From the NCBI RefSeq assembly GCF_006345805.1, contig NC_043002.1:12896001-12960000 (forward strand): a DNA stretch of 64,000 nucleotides, read 5' to 3'. A model generated the notes under the pieces. The model did no database searches, had not been told where the DNA came from, and was given only the letters and a program-made list of their open reading frames with translations. The DNA comes from Octopus sinensis. Lineage: Eukaryota. Shown here in pieces: positions 26,151 to 38,519 of the stretch. Every line of letters starts with the position of its first letter. Within the stretch, counting starts at the first letter, position 1. A program made the translations under genes and the position numbers.

Positions 26151-26332
26151 TTTATAATAATAAAAATAATATTAATAATAACCGTTACTTAGCGGTTCGG
26201 CAAAAGAGACCGATAGAATAAGTACTAGGCTTACAAAGTCCCGGGGTCGAGTTGGTCGATTAAAGGCGGTGCTCCAGCATGGCCGCAGTCAAATGACTGA
26301 AACAAGTAAAAGAGTAAAAGAGTAAAGAGTAT

Positions 26333-26855
26333 AATAATGTGGTGCTCCAGAGATAGACATATCGTCAGCCACTGACGGTTAAGATGCACTGATTAAGGTC
26401 AAATAATCGACAAGCATATCTGTGGTACTGAGCGGAATATTTGCTGTAGCCCATCTTTTATACCAAGACAAGTACATGACAACTGAGAGGCACTTATTAT
26501 TATTAATATTATAAGGTGGTGCTCTAGCATGGTCACAGTCAAATGACTGAAAGAAGCAAAAGAATAAATAATAATAAGGGTATAAGGAAACCCCAAAATG
26601 GCAGAAATTCAAAAGACAGTGCTCATAGGAACTGCCCATATCCTACGTAAAATACTGTCTGTGTAATCTTAAATTTTAAAACAAACACGTAATTTTCTTA
26701 TGTTTTCTTAAATATTCTCTAGAACAATACTACGTACAAAACCAAATATATGGCACCCTAGGCATAACACCAACATGAACTTCAAACTTGTCTCTTGAGG
26801 TCTGTGGGTGAGACTTGGAGCCATCTTGTACAAATATAAAGTAAAGGTCAAACAA

Positions 26856-26917
<62 letters not shown>

Positions 26918-27367
26918 TGCTCAATACCACAGATTTGCTTGTCAGTTGTGTGACCTTAACCAGTTGAGCATGTCCCTTAGTGGCTGACGATATGTGCATC
27001 TCTGATCACGAGCAGAAGTAGTGGGGGAGCATCATAGCCATGTGTTGAGAGGGATTCTTTGAGGTTTGAATAGTTCACCTCTGGAAACATGGGTGGTTCT
27101 TTCAACATCCTTAAACAACCCTTATTCAGAGACCTTTTGAGCGGGATGGGCTACTCAACCTGAAGAAATTCTAACTGGGCCCCACCTGCAAGGGTGAATG
27201 CTGTTTATCTTGATATGAGATCACCATGTCGCGCACATATGGTTGTGATGCATGTGCCTGGTGTACCTTTATCAGACGGGTAGTCATGATGGGTATATTG
27301 GGCTTCGTATATTTTACCCCAGTGTCACTTTGATGGCATGAACTGCTCTCTCACTCAAATAATAATA

Positions 27368-27400
<33 letters not shown>

Positions 27401-27932
27401 CTAATGATAAAATAATGTGGTGCTCCAGAGATACACATATCGTCAGCCACTGACGGTTAAGATGCACTGATTAAGGTCAAATAATCGACAAGCATATCTG
27501 TGGTACTGAGCGGAATATTTGCTGTTGCCCATCTTTTATACCAAGACAAGTACATGACAACTGAGAGGCACTTATTTTTAAATTATAAAGGTGGTGCTCT
27601 AGCATGTTCACAGTCAAATGACTGAAAGAAGCAAAAGAAATAAATAATAATAAGGGTATAAGGAAACCCCAAAATGGCAGAATTCAAAAGACAGTGCTCA
27701 TAGGAACTGCCCATATCCTAGTAAAATACTGTCTGTGTAATCTTAAATTTTAAAACAAACACGTAATTTTCTTATGTTTTCTTAAATATTCTCTAGAACA
27801 ATACTACGTACAAAACTAAATATATGGCACCCTAGGCATAACACCAACATGAACTTCAAACTTGTCTCTTGAGGTCTGTGGGTGAGACTTGGAGCCATCT
27901 TGTACAAATATAAAGTAAAAGTCAAACAAATA
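26333..27932 (+). repeat. Local direct duplication, ~525-bp unit, period 1078 (26333-26858, 27411-27932)
   Basis: Near-identical mosaic of three repeat fragments. Confidence 0.88.
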
Positions 27933-28275
27933 ATAATAATAATAATAATAATAATGATAATAATAATAATAATAAAATAATAATAATAACAACAACAACA
28001 ATAAGGATATCCAGGAAACCCCAAAATGGCAGAAATTCAAAAGATAGTGCTCATGGGAATGGCCCATATCCTACGCAAAATACTTTCTATGTAATCTCAA
28101 CTTTTAAAACAAACTCGTAATTTTCTTGTTTTCTTAAATATTCTCGAGAACAACACTATGTACAAAACGAAATATATGACACCCTAGGCATAACACCGAC
28201 ATGAACTTCTAACTGTTGTCTCTTGGCTGAGACTTGGTGCCAACGCGTACAAATACAAAGCAAAAGTCAAGCATA
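26575..28275 (+). mobile_element. Cluster of short R4/Dong 3' ends (26575-26858, 27650-27932, 28000-28275)
   Basis: GNPKMAEIQKIVLMGTAHILRK-like ends + 3' UTR, each followed by a trinucleotide tract. Confidence 0.8.
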
Positions 28276-28810
28276 TAACAAGAAGAAGAAGAAGAAGAAG
28301 AAGAAGAAGAAGAAGAAGAAGAAGAAGAAGAAGAAGAAGAAGAGAAGATATTACAGTTCTTAGGGACTTTAGTATCCAGACTGATCGTACTATTCTGGTC
28401 AATAAACAAATATTGTTGTGAAAAAAAATCACATTGTCAAAATGTTTACTTACAGGGAGGAATGGATTTCAACACTCTTTTAAAAACATTTCAAAAGTTA
28501 ACTTTACACAGGACCTTGAAATAGGGCTCTCAAAAACGTGGCATCTAAAAGCAAGAATTATATTTGTGACTATCGAAGAGTTCGAGATAATCTCAAATGG
28601 CACTCTTAAATCTTATGGCCAAATAACAGGAAACCCAGAAGTATTAGAACTATAAAAATATTGTTTTCATGACTACTACCTACATCTAAGTAAACATTGT
28701 GAACCTAAAACTATCTGATTCACTTAAAATTCTTACAAAACCAAATTATTATAAATTGAAGACAATAATACTTCACAGTATCTGGCCTCACTTCCCTATA
28801 TTATATCATT

Positions 28811-29220
28811 GGCGTCCCCAAAGACCATCCCCTCCTCACCGTGGTGGGGACGCTGGCAGCGGGTAGTGTCAGAGCTATGCCGTCGGGAATTTCGGTTCCT
28901 GGTAGGGCCACCCAAGGCGGATTGGTCTGACACCGAGTGGTATTAGGGCCACAACCCGGCAGACGGGGCTCTGGTGAAAATCCTCGGAGTGTCTGTTTCG
29001 GCAACTGGCGGCTCCTCGGTCGTCCTGTCCCTGCGTCTGCAGACAATCTGCGGCAAACAGGATGTCTCTACATGCGGGATTGTTGGGGACCGCTTGTGAA
29101 ATACACATATTCCCACGAAACCTCTTCCATGAATTCTCAACGGCGAATACAATGCCTCGAGGGTGGTAGGAGAAGCCGACTCAACCCGCCCAGGGTGAAT
29201 GTCTCCACAAGTACAAGTAG
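28811..29220 (+). mobile_element. GC-rich non-autonomous RTE-derived element
   Basis: Resembles RTE 5' UTRs (CACCGTGGTGGGG...GAGCTATGCCGTC...CCTGGTAGGGCCACCCAAGGC). (caagta) tail. 9-bp TSD tatatcatt (28802-28810, 29478-29486) encloses the element plus a nested SINE. Confidence 0.55.
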
Positions 29221-29229
29221 TAATATATC

Positions 29230-29466
29230 TGTTTCTTTACTACCCACAAGGAGCTACACACAGAGGGGAGAAACAAGGACAGACAAACGGATTAACTCGA
29301 TTACATTGACCCCAGTGCGTAACTGGTACTTTTATTTATCGACCCCGAAAGGATGAAAGGCAAAGTCGACCTCGGCGGAATTTGAACTCAGAACGTAACG
29401 GCAGACGAAATACGGCTACGCATTTCGCCCGGCGTGCTAACGTTTCTGCCAGCTCGCTGCCTTAAA
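29230..29466 (-). mobile_element. CORE-type SINE, full length
   Basis: 17-bp TSD acaagtagtaatatatc (29213-29229, 29467-29483). Confidence 0.88.
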
Positions 29467-29496
29467 ACAAGTAGTAATATATCATTAACATTATAA

Positions 29497-29601
29497 ATAA
29501 CATAAGGGACGTTAGCCATCCGAATGTGGCTAGGGACAGGGCAGGGCGGGGGGGTGCCCTGTCCCTAGCCACATTCGGATGGCTAACGTCCCTTATGTTA
29601 T
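29497..29601. repeat. Perfect 47-bp inverted repeat with 11-nt G-rich loop
   Basis: Arms 29497-29543 and 29555-29601 are exactly complementary. Confidence 0.95.
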
Positions 29602-29780
29602 GGAGCAGTTACTGTCTATACCTCGTTTAGAGAATTATTATTGCATTATAAATAACATCCAGAGCAAATAAAAAAAAAAAAAAAGAGGACGGCTTGCTGT
29701 TGTCTGAGAATATCGGGTGAGACTTGGAACAGTTTGTACAAAGTAACGAACGAAAAATCAATGATAGTAAAACAACTTAC

Positions 29781-30057
29781 TGAATTTTCCTCCATAAATG
29801 ACTTGGTTACAGTCATCATATTGGCTGTTCCGCCACACACAGAGCTGTTGTGACTGCGAAAATACCGTACCATTACCACAGGCCAGAGGCATGGGAAACA
29901 TTTCGTTACATAAGTAGAATTCACTGCAGTTTCTTGGTGATCGGACAAAATGCGATCCGGCTCTGATTTCTGTCTGTTTACACAGATTCATTATATCTTG
30001 ACAATAAACTGCTGACACTGCAATCAAGAGAATGGCGGCCGCAACACGAAACTCCAT
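29781..30057 (-). CDS. Gene B exon 1: signal peptide + CBM14 domain 1
   Basis: 92 codons + 1 nt, same Cys spacing as gene A; donor TTCA|gtaagt at 29781/29780. Confidence 0.92.
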
Positions 30058-30119
30058 TGTTGTAATTTTATCAATTATAAAATCGAACGAGAGTTAAGAC
30101 GAATAGGCTTGCAAAAATG

Positions 30120-30321
30120 CTATCACAACAGACTAGTAACCTCTGTAAATGTGATGCAGATCCCTTAGAGCGAGCTTCTTATATAGACCTTTAATAGGGT
30201 TAGGGTGAGGTTTAGGATTAGGGTTAGGGCAATACAACATTTTACTTTCTGACTGGTCCTATATTTGGTCTCTATTCTTTAAGCTAACGGGCCTCCGCCC
30301 AAGAACCTTGCCAGACAACTT
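30120..30321 (-). promoter_or_regulatory. Gene B core/proximal promoter
   Basis: On minus strand: CTATATAAG (30186-30178), TCACATT (30154-30148), TGATAG (30125-30120). On plus strand: CCGCCC (30295-30300) and ACCTTGCCAGACAACTT (30305-30321). Confidence 0.68.
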
Positions 30322-30616
30322 ATTTTCTCCCTTGTTATTGTTGTTTTGCTATTTCTTCATTTTAAAATCAGTCATTATTTGTTATTATGACGATGGTTAG
30401 AATGAGAGGAAGATCGCTCTGGGTTTTGCTATTCATCAGTCTCTATTCATTCGCACAATTGTTTCTTTTCTTTTTCCGTTTTCAAGTTCACATTTTGTTT
30501 GATGTCAATATGATACAGAAAAAAAAATGCAATCCTTACATAGGCCAGTGTCAATGCGTATATTTGCGTCTGCGTACGAATAGATATGTATGCATACGTC
30601 TATATATACATACATA

Positions 30617-30647
<31 letters not shown>

Positions 30648-30771
30648 CTGTAAAATAATGTGTGACAATTATTCAATAGCCAATTGTCACATATTATTTT
30701 ACAGATAAATTCCACTCTTTACATAATATTGAGGTCTCCTTCTTTCTTTTGTTATCTTACCGCTTTTACCA

Positions 30772-30833
<62 letters not shown>

Positions 30834-31897
30834 GGGCGTGATCATGTGCATGCATGTGTGTGTATGTGTGTGTGTGTGAATGCAAAGAAAATTACGTATA
30901 TAATACGTTTGAGGTTGTATTATGTGCACCGAGAAAACCTATACATAAAATTTAGAATTTCTGCTTAAAATGCTTCCACACACGCTTACAGAGTTAGATA
31001 ATAGATGACAATTCTGAAAAATTATTGACACATGCAACGCGCAAAAATACACGCAAACAAACTCTGAAATAAAAAAAAAAACGCTAGAAAAGATTATCAT
31101 ATGAAACGAAAACAAACAAAAGAGAAGATTGCAGATGAATCTAAGAAAAGCGTCAAATTTGTTTACGCGAACAGAGTGTCTTTGTGGTTGCTTATCACGT
31201 TTGTTTATTGTCATGTTCAGTAGTAAGCCTGACTTTTCGAACTGGGCAGAGCAAATACGAGACGGATGGATGGTTGAATGGTTGGAGAAATGAAAGAAAT
31301 TAAAAGAAAAGCCTGTCGTATATATGTATATATATATATGTGTGTATGTGTGTGTGTGTTTGTCCCCCTAGCATTGCTTGACAACCGATGCTGGTGTGTT
31401 TATGTCCCCGTCACTTAGCGGTTCGGCAAAAGAGACCGATAGAATAAGTACTGGGCTTACTAAGAATAAGTCCCGGGGTCGATTTGCTCGACTAAAGGCG
31501 GTGCTCCAGCATGGCCGCAGTCAAATGACTGAAACAAGTAAAAGAGTAAAAGAGAGATACGGGGAATGAAATGTATTTCTTTGTTATTTTTTTTGTCTGT
31601 TACTTGTTTCAGTCACTGCGGCCATGCTGGGGCACCACCTGGAAGGGGTTTAATCCAACAAATTGACACTAGTGCTTATTTTGTTCTTAAAGTTTGATTC
31701 TTATTCCAGTGCTCGCAGGTACTCAGACGCTACGTTGCACGGACGTAAACAAACCAGTACCATTTGTTATGCTATGGTGAGGAACAAAAACACACATACG
31801 CACATATACACGCATACATTCACACACACATACATACACACACACACACATACACACACACACACATATATATCTATATATATATATATATATAAGT

Positions 31898-32102
31898 TAA
31901 TCCAAACAAGAAAGCACAAAAAAAAACACAACAACGCGAGGACGTGGAACAAATATAGTATTATTGGACGCTCAGGAAAGAAGGAAAGAAGGAGGGCTTA
32001 ACGTTTCGAGCGGAGCTCTTCGTCGGAAACATAGGAGAAGGAAAGATCCAGAGAAGGGAAGACAGAGGAAAAACAATCGCCAACGGTACACACGAGGTCA
32101 CA
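31898..32102 (-). mobile_element. Second copy of the hammerhead-motif repeat
   Basis: Reverse complement of 10510-10710; stem II GAGC/GCTC intact. Confidence 0.6.
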
Positions 32103-32295
32103 TTTTGAAATATATATTATATATATTTACACATACACACACAAATATACATCCACACACACATACATACATACATACATACATACATACATACATACAT
32201 ACATACATACATACATACATACATACATACGTACATACATACATACATACATACATACATACATACATACATACATACATACATACATACATACA

Positions 32296-33945
32296 TTATT
32301 ATTATGGCTGCCCCCTCATTATCGAGTATGGCCATTGCACGAAGCTTAACTGTTATTGGTGCTGTGATCGAATGTGACTTTTTAGCCCAGCTAAAGATCT
32401 ACAATGTCTTGTACAAAATTGGCAACTGAAACCTTTACGGTAATAGCCGGCTGTAGTTGTAACTGGGCTTCATGTACCTTTGCATGTCGCTTAAGTCGTC
32501 CCGCCGAATTACACTCTCTTCCACATGCCCGAAAGATATGATTAGTATGGTGTGTAACACCACCACCAGTGGCCAGGTTGTCACTCATCTGTCTCGTTTT
32601 ATGACTACGAAGATGACTCTTGAGTCCAACTTTACTGAGGAAGGGTCTTGCACAGACGTTGCATGTTAGCATCTAAGGAAGACCCTTCCCTTCTGGAAGT
32701 GTAACAGCGATGCCCTTCCTGACATCCCTCCTTACTTTCTCATGTGCAACTCGAGATTTCTCAAAAGTGGCTGTCCCCTCATGCACAATCCTTCTCCACC
32801 TGCTACGATCATTAGCTATGCCTTCCCATGTGTCAGGAGAGATGCAAGCATCTCTTAAGGAAGCCTTCAGCACGTCCTTATACCTCTTTTTTGGTTTATG
32901 TGGAGGTCGTTATCCTTTAGCTAACTCTCCATAAAGAGTTGTTTTGGCATCCTTGAATCCTTCATTCTGACCAGATGACCACTCCATCTGAGCCTTTGCT
33001 TTAACACAAGAGCTTCACACCGAGAGCCTTCGAGTATCTCAAGATCACTGATGCGGTCCTTCCACTTAATGCTATAGATCCATCTGAGGCACATCTGATA
33101 GAAACGTTCCAGTTGTTTAAGGTGGTATCGATATGTGACCCACGTCTCGCAGGCATAGAGAAGAGATAGGGAGCACACATGCCTTGTACACCTTTATCTT
33201 TGTATTTCTGCATATGTCTCACCGACTCCAGAGGCGCTTTTCTAGCCTTCCGAAAGCAACACTTGCTTTCCTAATTCTATATGGAATTTCATCATCCACA
33301 TTGCCATATCCATTAATAGTGCTTCCCAGGTAGACAAACTGATCGACTACATCAAGTCGTTTACCATTCACATAGATATTTGGTACACCATACTGCTCAC
33401 CAGGAGCAGGTTGATGCATGACAACAGTTTTCTTGAGATTGACTGTCAATCCTAAGGCAGTGCAAGCATCAGAGAATGCATTCAACACGTGTTGCATATC
33501 AATCTCTGTGTGTACTACTAGCTCACAATCATCTGCATACAAAAGGTCTCTTATGATAGAGGTAAATATCTTTGTTTTTGCAGCAAGGCGCCTGATATTA
33601 AATATGCTGCCAGAGGTTCGATAATGGATGTAAACACCGTATCTACAGTTTCTGAATGCAATACAGAACACCATAGCGAAATATTTGGAAAATAGGGTCG
33701 GTGCCAGAATATCCCCCTGTTTCACTCTATTTTGTATTGAAATGGACTCCGACATCTTCCCTCTAACATTCACTCTACCATTCATGTCTTCATGAAAAGA
33801 CCTAACAAAAGCAAGGAACTTTTCAGGACACCCAACTTTCTGGAGGACTTTCCACAATTCTTTTGTATTGACGGTATCAAAGGCTTTTGTCAGATCGACA
33901 ACCACCTGATACAAATCCAGACCCTGTTCCACACACTTTTCCTAT
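32296..33945 (-). mobile_element. 5'-truncated RTE-clade LINE inserted in a (TACA)n array
   Basis: RT motifs VDLTKAFDTV, VKQGDILAPTLF, LLYADD; C-terminal C2H2 fingers (CNVCARPFLSKVGLKSHLRSH). Short (ATA)n tail; (TACA)n on both sides. Confidence 0.9.
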
Positions 33946-33976
33946 ACATACATTCATACATACATACATACATACA

Positions 33977-34006
<30 letters not shown>

Positions 34007-34007
<1 letters not shown>

Positions 34008-35289
34008 TGGGTTGTCCGGAAAGTTTGTGTCGATTTTTAAAGGAAAGTAAAAGGTCAATAGATACTTGCCATTACATTTTTAATCGACCAAATATGAACC
34101 ATTTTGCTGCGCAATGTGTCTCCATCTTTCCTATAACGTGAAAATACTCTCTTCCCAGAATTGAGGAGGTTTCATGGCAAATAATTCATCAAGGTATCTT
34201 TTTACGTCATCCAAGTAATTGAAAGTTTTACCATTAAGACTATTCTGCAGAGACCTGAATAAGTGGAAATCCGAAGGAGCAACATCTGGTGAATATGGAG
34301 CGTGGGGTAACACATCCCAGCCAAGCGACAGCAATTTTTGTCTGGTTCCCGAAGAAACGTGCTGTCTTGCATTATCATGTTGGAAGACAACACCCTTCCT
34401 GTTGGCCAATTCTGGACGTTTCTCTGGAATTGCTGCTTTTAACTCGTCCAGTTTTGTGCAGTATTTCTCAGAATTAATTGTCTGGTTAATTGAGAGAAGC
34501 TCACAGTACAGAATTCCTTTCCAATATCACCAGACACAAACGAAGACTTTTTTAGAATGAAGACCCGCTTTTGGGGTGGCTAAGGGTGACTCATGTCGCT
34601 TACTCAAGGATCGCTTTCTCTGAACATTTCGGTAGATAATCCATTTCTCATTATCTGTCACAATTTGCTTTAAAAGAGGCACGTTTTCATTCCGTTTATA
34701 AAGCGATCACAGATGGAAATGCAAACCAAAATGTTCTTCTCACTCCACTCATGTCGTATCCAAACATCGCAGCGATTTGTGTACCCAAGCATTACCAAGT
34801 GCTCATGAACGACGGATTTTGATAGGTTGAGGCTTTCTGCCAATTCTCGGGTTGTGCAATGAGAGTTATTCTCAATTAAAGACTTGATTTAGTCATCATC
34901 TGTAGTGGATGGTCTGCCTGATCGCTCTTTATCAATAAGGCTACAATCTGCAGCTCGGAATTGTGCCAACCATTTCGGTACAGTTCTTTCGAATAAAGAA
35001 ACATCACCGTAAACTGCGCATATTTCTTTGGTTGCTTGTGAGGCATTTTTCCCTTTACAGAAAAAGAAAAGCATCAAGTGCCGAAGATGAACTTTCTTAT
35101 CTTCCATTTTAAAGGGTTACAGAATTAACACAGATTAAAGGAACATAAACCTTCTTCTCCGAAAAAATAGCTTAAACTTTGCTCTAAATGGAGGTATAGA
35201 CAAATCCTATTTTATGGACTCAACTATGTTCTAAAATATGTCGAAAAGTAAGCTACTATAAATCAGCACGAACTTTCCGGACAACCCAA
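34007..35289 (-). mobile_element. Full-length (1283 bp) degenerate mariner, DD34D, mellifera-like
   Basis: TIRs TTGGGTTGTCCGGAAAG / CTTTCCGGACAACCCAA with TA on both sides. MEDKKVHLRHLMLFFFCKGKNASQA start, FQHDNA and YSPDVAPSDFHLF motifs. Confidence 0.93.
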
Positions 35290-35529
35290 TATTTCTATAT
35301 TTTTATTATGAATATGTGGATATTTGTATGGAATATTACCTCATGTGCTACATCTGAATTCAGACAAGAAATGTCTGAATGTTTTAAGACAAATATCCGA
35401 AATTTTTATCGTATACCAGATTTTATTAATACTTAGCTCATATACGGAGACAAAAATGTTGTACTATATACTGCAGTTTATCTCCATCAAAATTCCCGTA
35501 TTATATACATTATATATATATAATATTCA

Positions 35530-36075
35530 CACTGGCGAAAATAAATTTAAGACCGTTAATAAAAGTTCTATTTCTTACAAAATATTGTTACTAGTCCTTA
35601 GCCGATCTTTATATTGACCAGTCTCCGAATATAACTTCCACGCTTGCACGCAAGCCGGTTTACTGCACTTTAGATGCTTGCTGATGTTCGAAAAGGAAGC
35701 TTTTTGCTGTAATATACGACTTTTGTTCTCGTGACTGGACTAAGGCTACGTTGTTTTCCCATTATTAATAAATTGTATAACATTAAATTATAACTTTATA
35801 TGGTGCATTTAGGCTCGTTGTGTGACCACCCATTTTGGCCAAAAAATTGCATACATATTACATGGTCTTAAACTAATTTTACCGTTAAATTTTTAAACGT
35901 TTATATTTAGCATTAGAATTCTTCAAGTTGTATAAAAATTGTCTGCATCATTCGAAAGAGAAATACATTTTGCATAAGGTGTAAAAAATAAAAATAATTT
36001 GTATGGTGTTAGTAACAAAATATTTTGTAAGAAGTAGAACTTTTATCGTCGGTCTTAAATATATTTTCGCTAGTG
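35530..36075. mobile_element. Tc1/mariner-type MITE with ~66-bp TIRs
   Basis: CACTGGCGAAAATAAATTTAAGACCG... versus ...CGGTCTTAAATATATTTTCGCTAGTG|TA; no transposase. Confidence 0.82.
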
Positions 36076-36083
36076 TATATATC

Positions 36084-38519
36084 TCAGGTCATCCCATAAA
36101 TTCTGTCCGAATTTTGGATAAAGAATATAAGTGATCAAATATTATATTTAATTGAAAGTTAATCATCAATGTACTTTCCCTGATTATCTATGATTTACTT
36201 CCATCTATTTACAAGCTTTTTAATCCCATCAATGTAAAACTCTTTTGGTTTCAAAGCGAAGAACTCTGAAATGTCAGGTTCGACCTCCTCCTGGCTTGCG
36301 AATGTTGTGCCCCCCTAATAATTCTGTAAACTATGAAACAAATAGTATCCTGAAGGAGTAAGGTCGGGAGAATAAGTTGGACGAAGACATTTTTCTAAAC
36401 CGACCTTTTCGATCTTCTGTGATGTGATCTTTGCAGTGTGGGGTTGCGCATTGTCCTGATGAAACATCACTCGTTTTCGACTCACTAAAGCGGCTCTTTT
36501 TTCCTTCAAAGCTTGGTTCAAATGCTCGAATTGCGTAGAGTTGAGCATTGATTGTTGCATTAGGTTGTAACAATATAAAGTGAATTACGCCTTTGCAATC
36601 GCACCAGATAGAGTAGAACCTTTTTCCTATGAAGTTCCCTTTTCGGTAGTGGTTGAACATTTTCCCTTTTAACAAGCCACTGTTTACGACGTTTAACATT
36701 TCGATAGAAAATACATTTTTCGTCACAAGTCTATCGAAAAAGGGTGAAATGAGTTTGCGAGAATGGAGAGAAGAGCAGATGTCAACTCGGGATTTGCGGT
36801 TGCTTTCGAACAATACATGAGGCACCTATTTTCCAAGTTTAGGAATCTTTACACGTTGTTGAAGATGACGATGAACTGTTGTATGGTTTGAAGTAAGCTT
36901 TATTGCCAATTCTTCAACTGATAATGAAGGATTTTCTTCAAGTAATGCCTCTAAGAGCATATCATCAAACTCAACTGGACATCCTGTTCGATATTCATCT
37001 TCAATTTTGCAAACGATCTCCTGCAAGTTCTTTCATTCAAGCATTTTCCCATAAACTGAGTGTATGTTTCGAGTCACTTCGGCTGCAGAGTTACTTTTAT
37101 TGTACTCATAAAGAATTATATGTGCCTTAAATGCTCCTTGGGTACTTCCATGTTGAAAAGGTTTTAATCAAAGCAATTTTAGGGTGTCCACGAAGTCTGG
37201 GTACATGGAATAAAATCATAACATAAACAAATAAATATAAGAAATACTTTTCCTTTTTTACTTTTGTTTAAATGAAATAAAAAAATACTTTACTTTTCTA
37301 ATTTTTTTTTTTCTACAGATGATCGAATGATGGCTCTGCCTAAAGAAGAAAGAATGGCAGATCGAATGATGGATCTGTCTAAAGAAGAAAGAATCGAGTT
37401 AGTATTATTAAGTGACGAGAGGGATGGTCGTATCGCAAAATTGCGGAAGAATTTGATCTTCGACACCCTTATAGGCAACCTATTTATTTTACTGCCGTCG
37501 GGAAATTGATAAAGACATTTAAAGAAACAGGCAGTGTTTTGAATAAACCCCGTTCCGGGCGACCAAAGACTTCAGAAGAAACGAAAGAGGCTGTCATGGC
37601 TAAAGTTTCTGCTAGCCCAAAGAAATCACTTCGTCGGACATCCACGGTGTTAGGTGTTCCAAAACCAACCATCCACAAAATGCTGGTTGAGGAAAAGTTT
37701 CATCGATACAACCTACAGATATTGCATCACTTAAATTGGATGGAAATTTTACAAAAAAACTTTGTTGTTCAGTGACAAAGCTACGTTTTATGTAAATGGT
37801 GAGGTCAACAGACAGAATCTTCTATACTGGTCTCGAGGTAATCCACATTGGATGGATCCATCCAAACAGCAAGGCAGCAAAAAGGTGATGATGTGGTGTG
37901 GTTTGTGGAAAGCTCATGTTCTAAGACCCTTCTTCATTGAACATGTAACGGATGAGACTTATGTAAACATATTGAGAGACAAATTAATATCTCAAATTGA
38001 GCGCCTAGGTGAGGGCCTTCCGAATTGGTTTCAGCAGGATGGGGCCCATACCCATTTTGCCACAACTGTTAGAGATTGGCTTAATGACACTTTTCCTCAC
38101 TGGATTGGAAGAAGGTGTCATATGGACAGTCAGACCTTTCTCCCCTTGATTTCTTTTTCTGGGGTATGTTGAAAGAGAAAGTTTACTCAATAAAGATTAC
38201 AGATTTAAAACACATGAGAGAACGCATAACCAGTCAGTGTGCTGAAATTGATGGCAATGTAGACTTATTTAATCAAGTTCACCTGAATTTTGCCAGGCGC
38301 ATCAAGTTAGAATTGTTTGTTTTAAAAGTATGTGTTAATCCTCATGTACGCAGACTTTGTGGACACCCTCTATTATTTTGTAAAACAATATTGAATTAGT
38401 TTAAACGTACACAAATGCATAAAAGTAATTTTTAATTGAATTAGACATTTGAAAATACTATTAAATTTCATTCAAATTTAAAAAAGGTAAAATTGGGCAG
38501 AACTGATTGGATGACTTGA
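36084..38519 (-). mobile_element. Degenerate mariner split by a nested rosa-like element
   Basis: Imperfect TIRs TCAGGTCATCCC / GGATGACTTGA. FHQDNA and YSPDLTPSGYYLF motifs. About 1.25 kb once the insert is removed. Confidence 0.82.
37180..38370 (+). mobile_element. Tc1/mariner-superfamily element, probably DD41D (rosa/Visitor) type
   Basis: TIRs AGGGTGTCCACGAAGTCTG / CAGACTTTGTGGACACCCTC. FSDKATF, WFQQDGA...WIGR, and frameshifted DLSPLDFFFWG (third residue D). Confidence 0.8.

Noticed and set aside
32391-32672. Host C2H2 zinc-finger gene
   Set aside because: In line with, and directly downstream of, the RTE reverse-transcriptase region; it is the LINE C-terminus.
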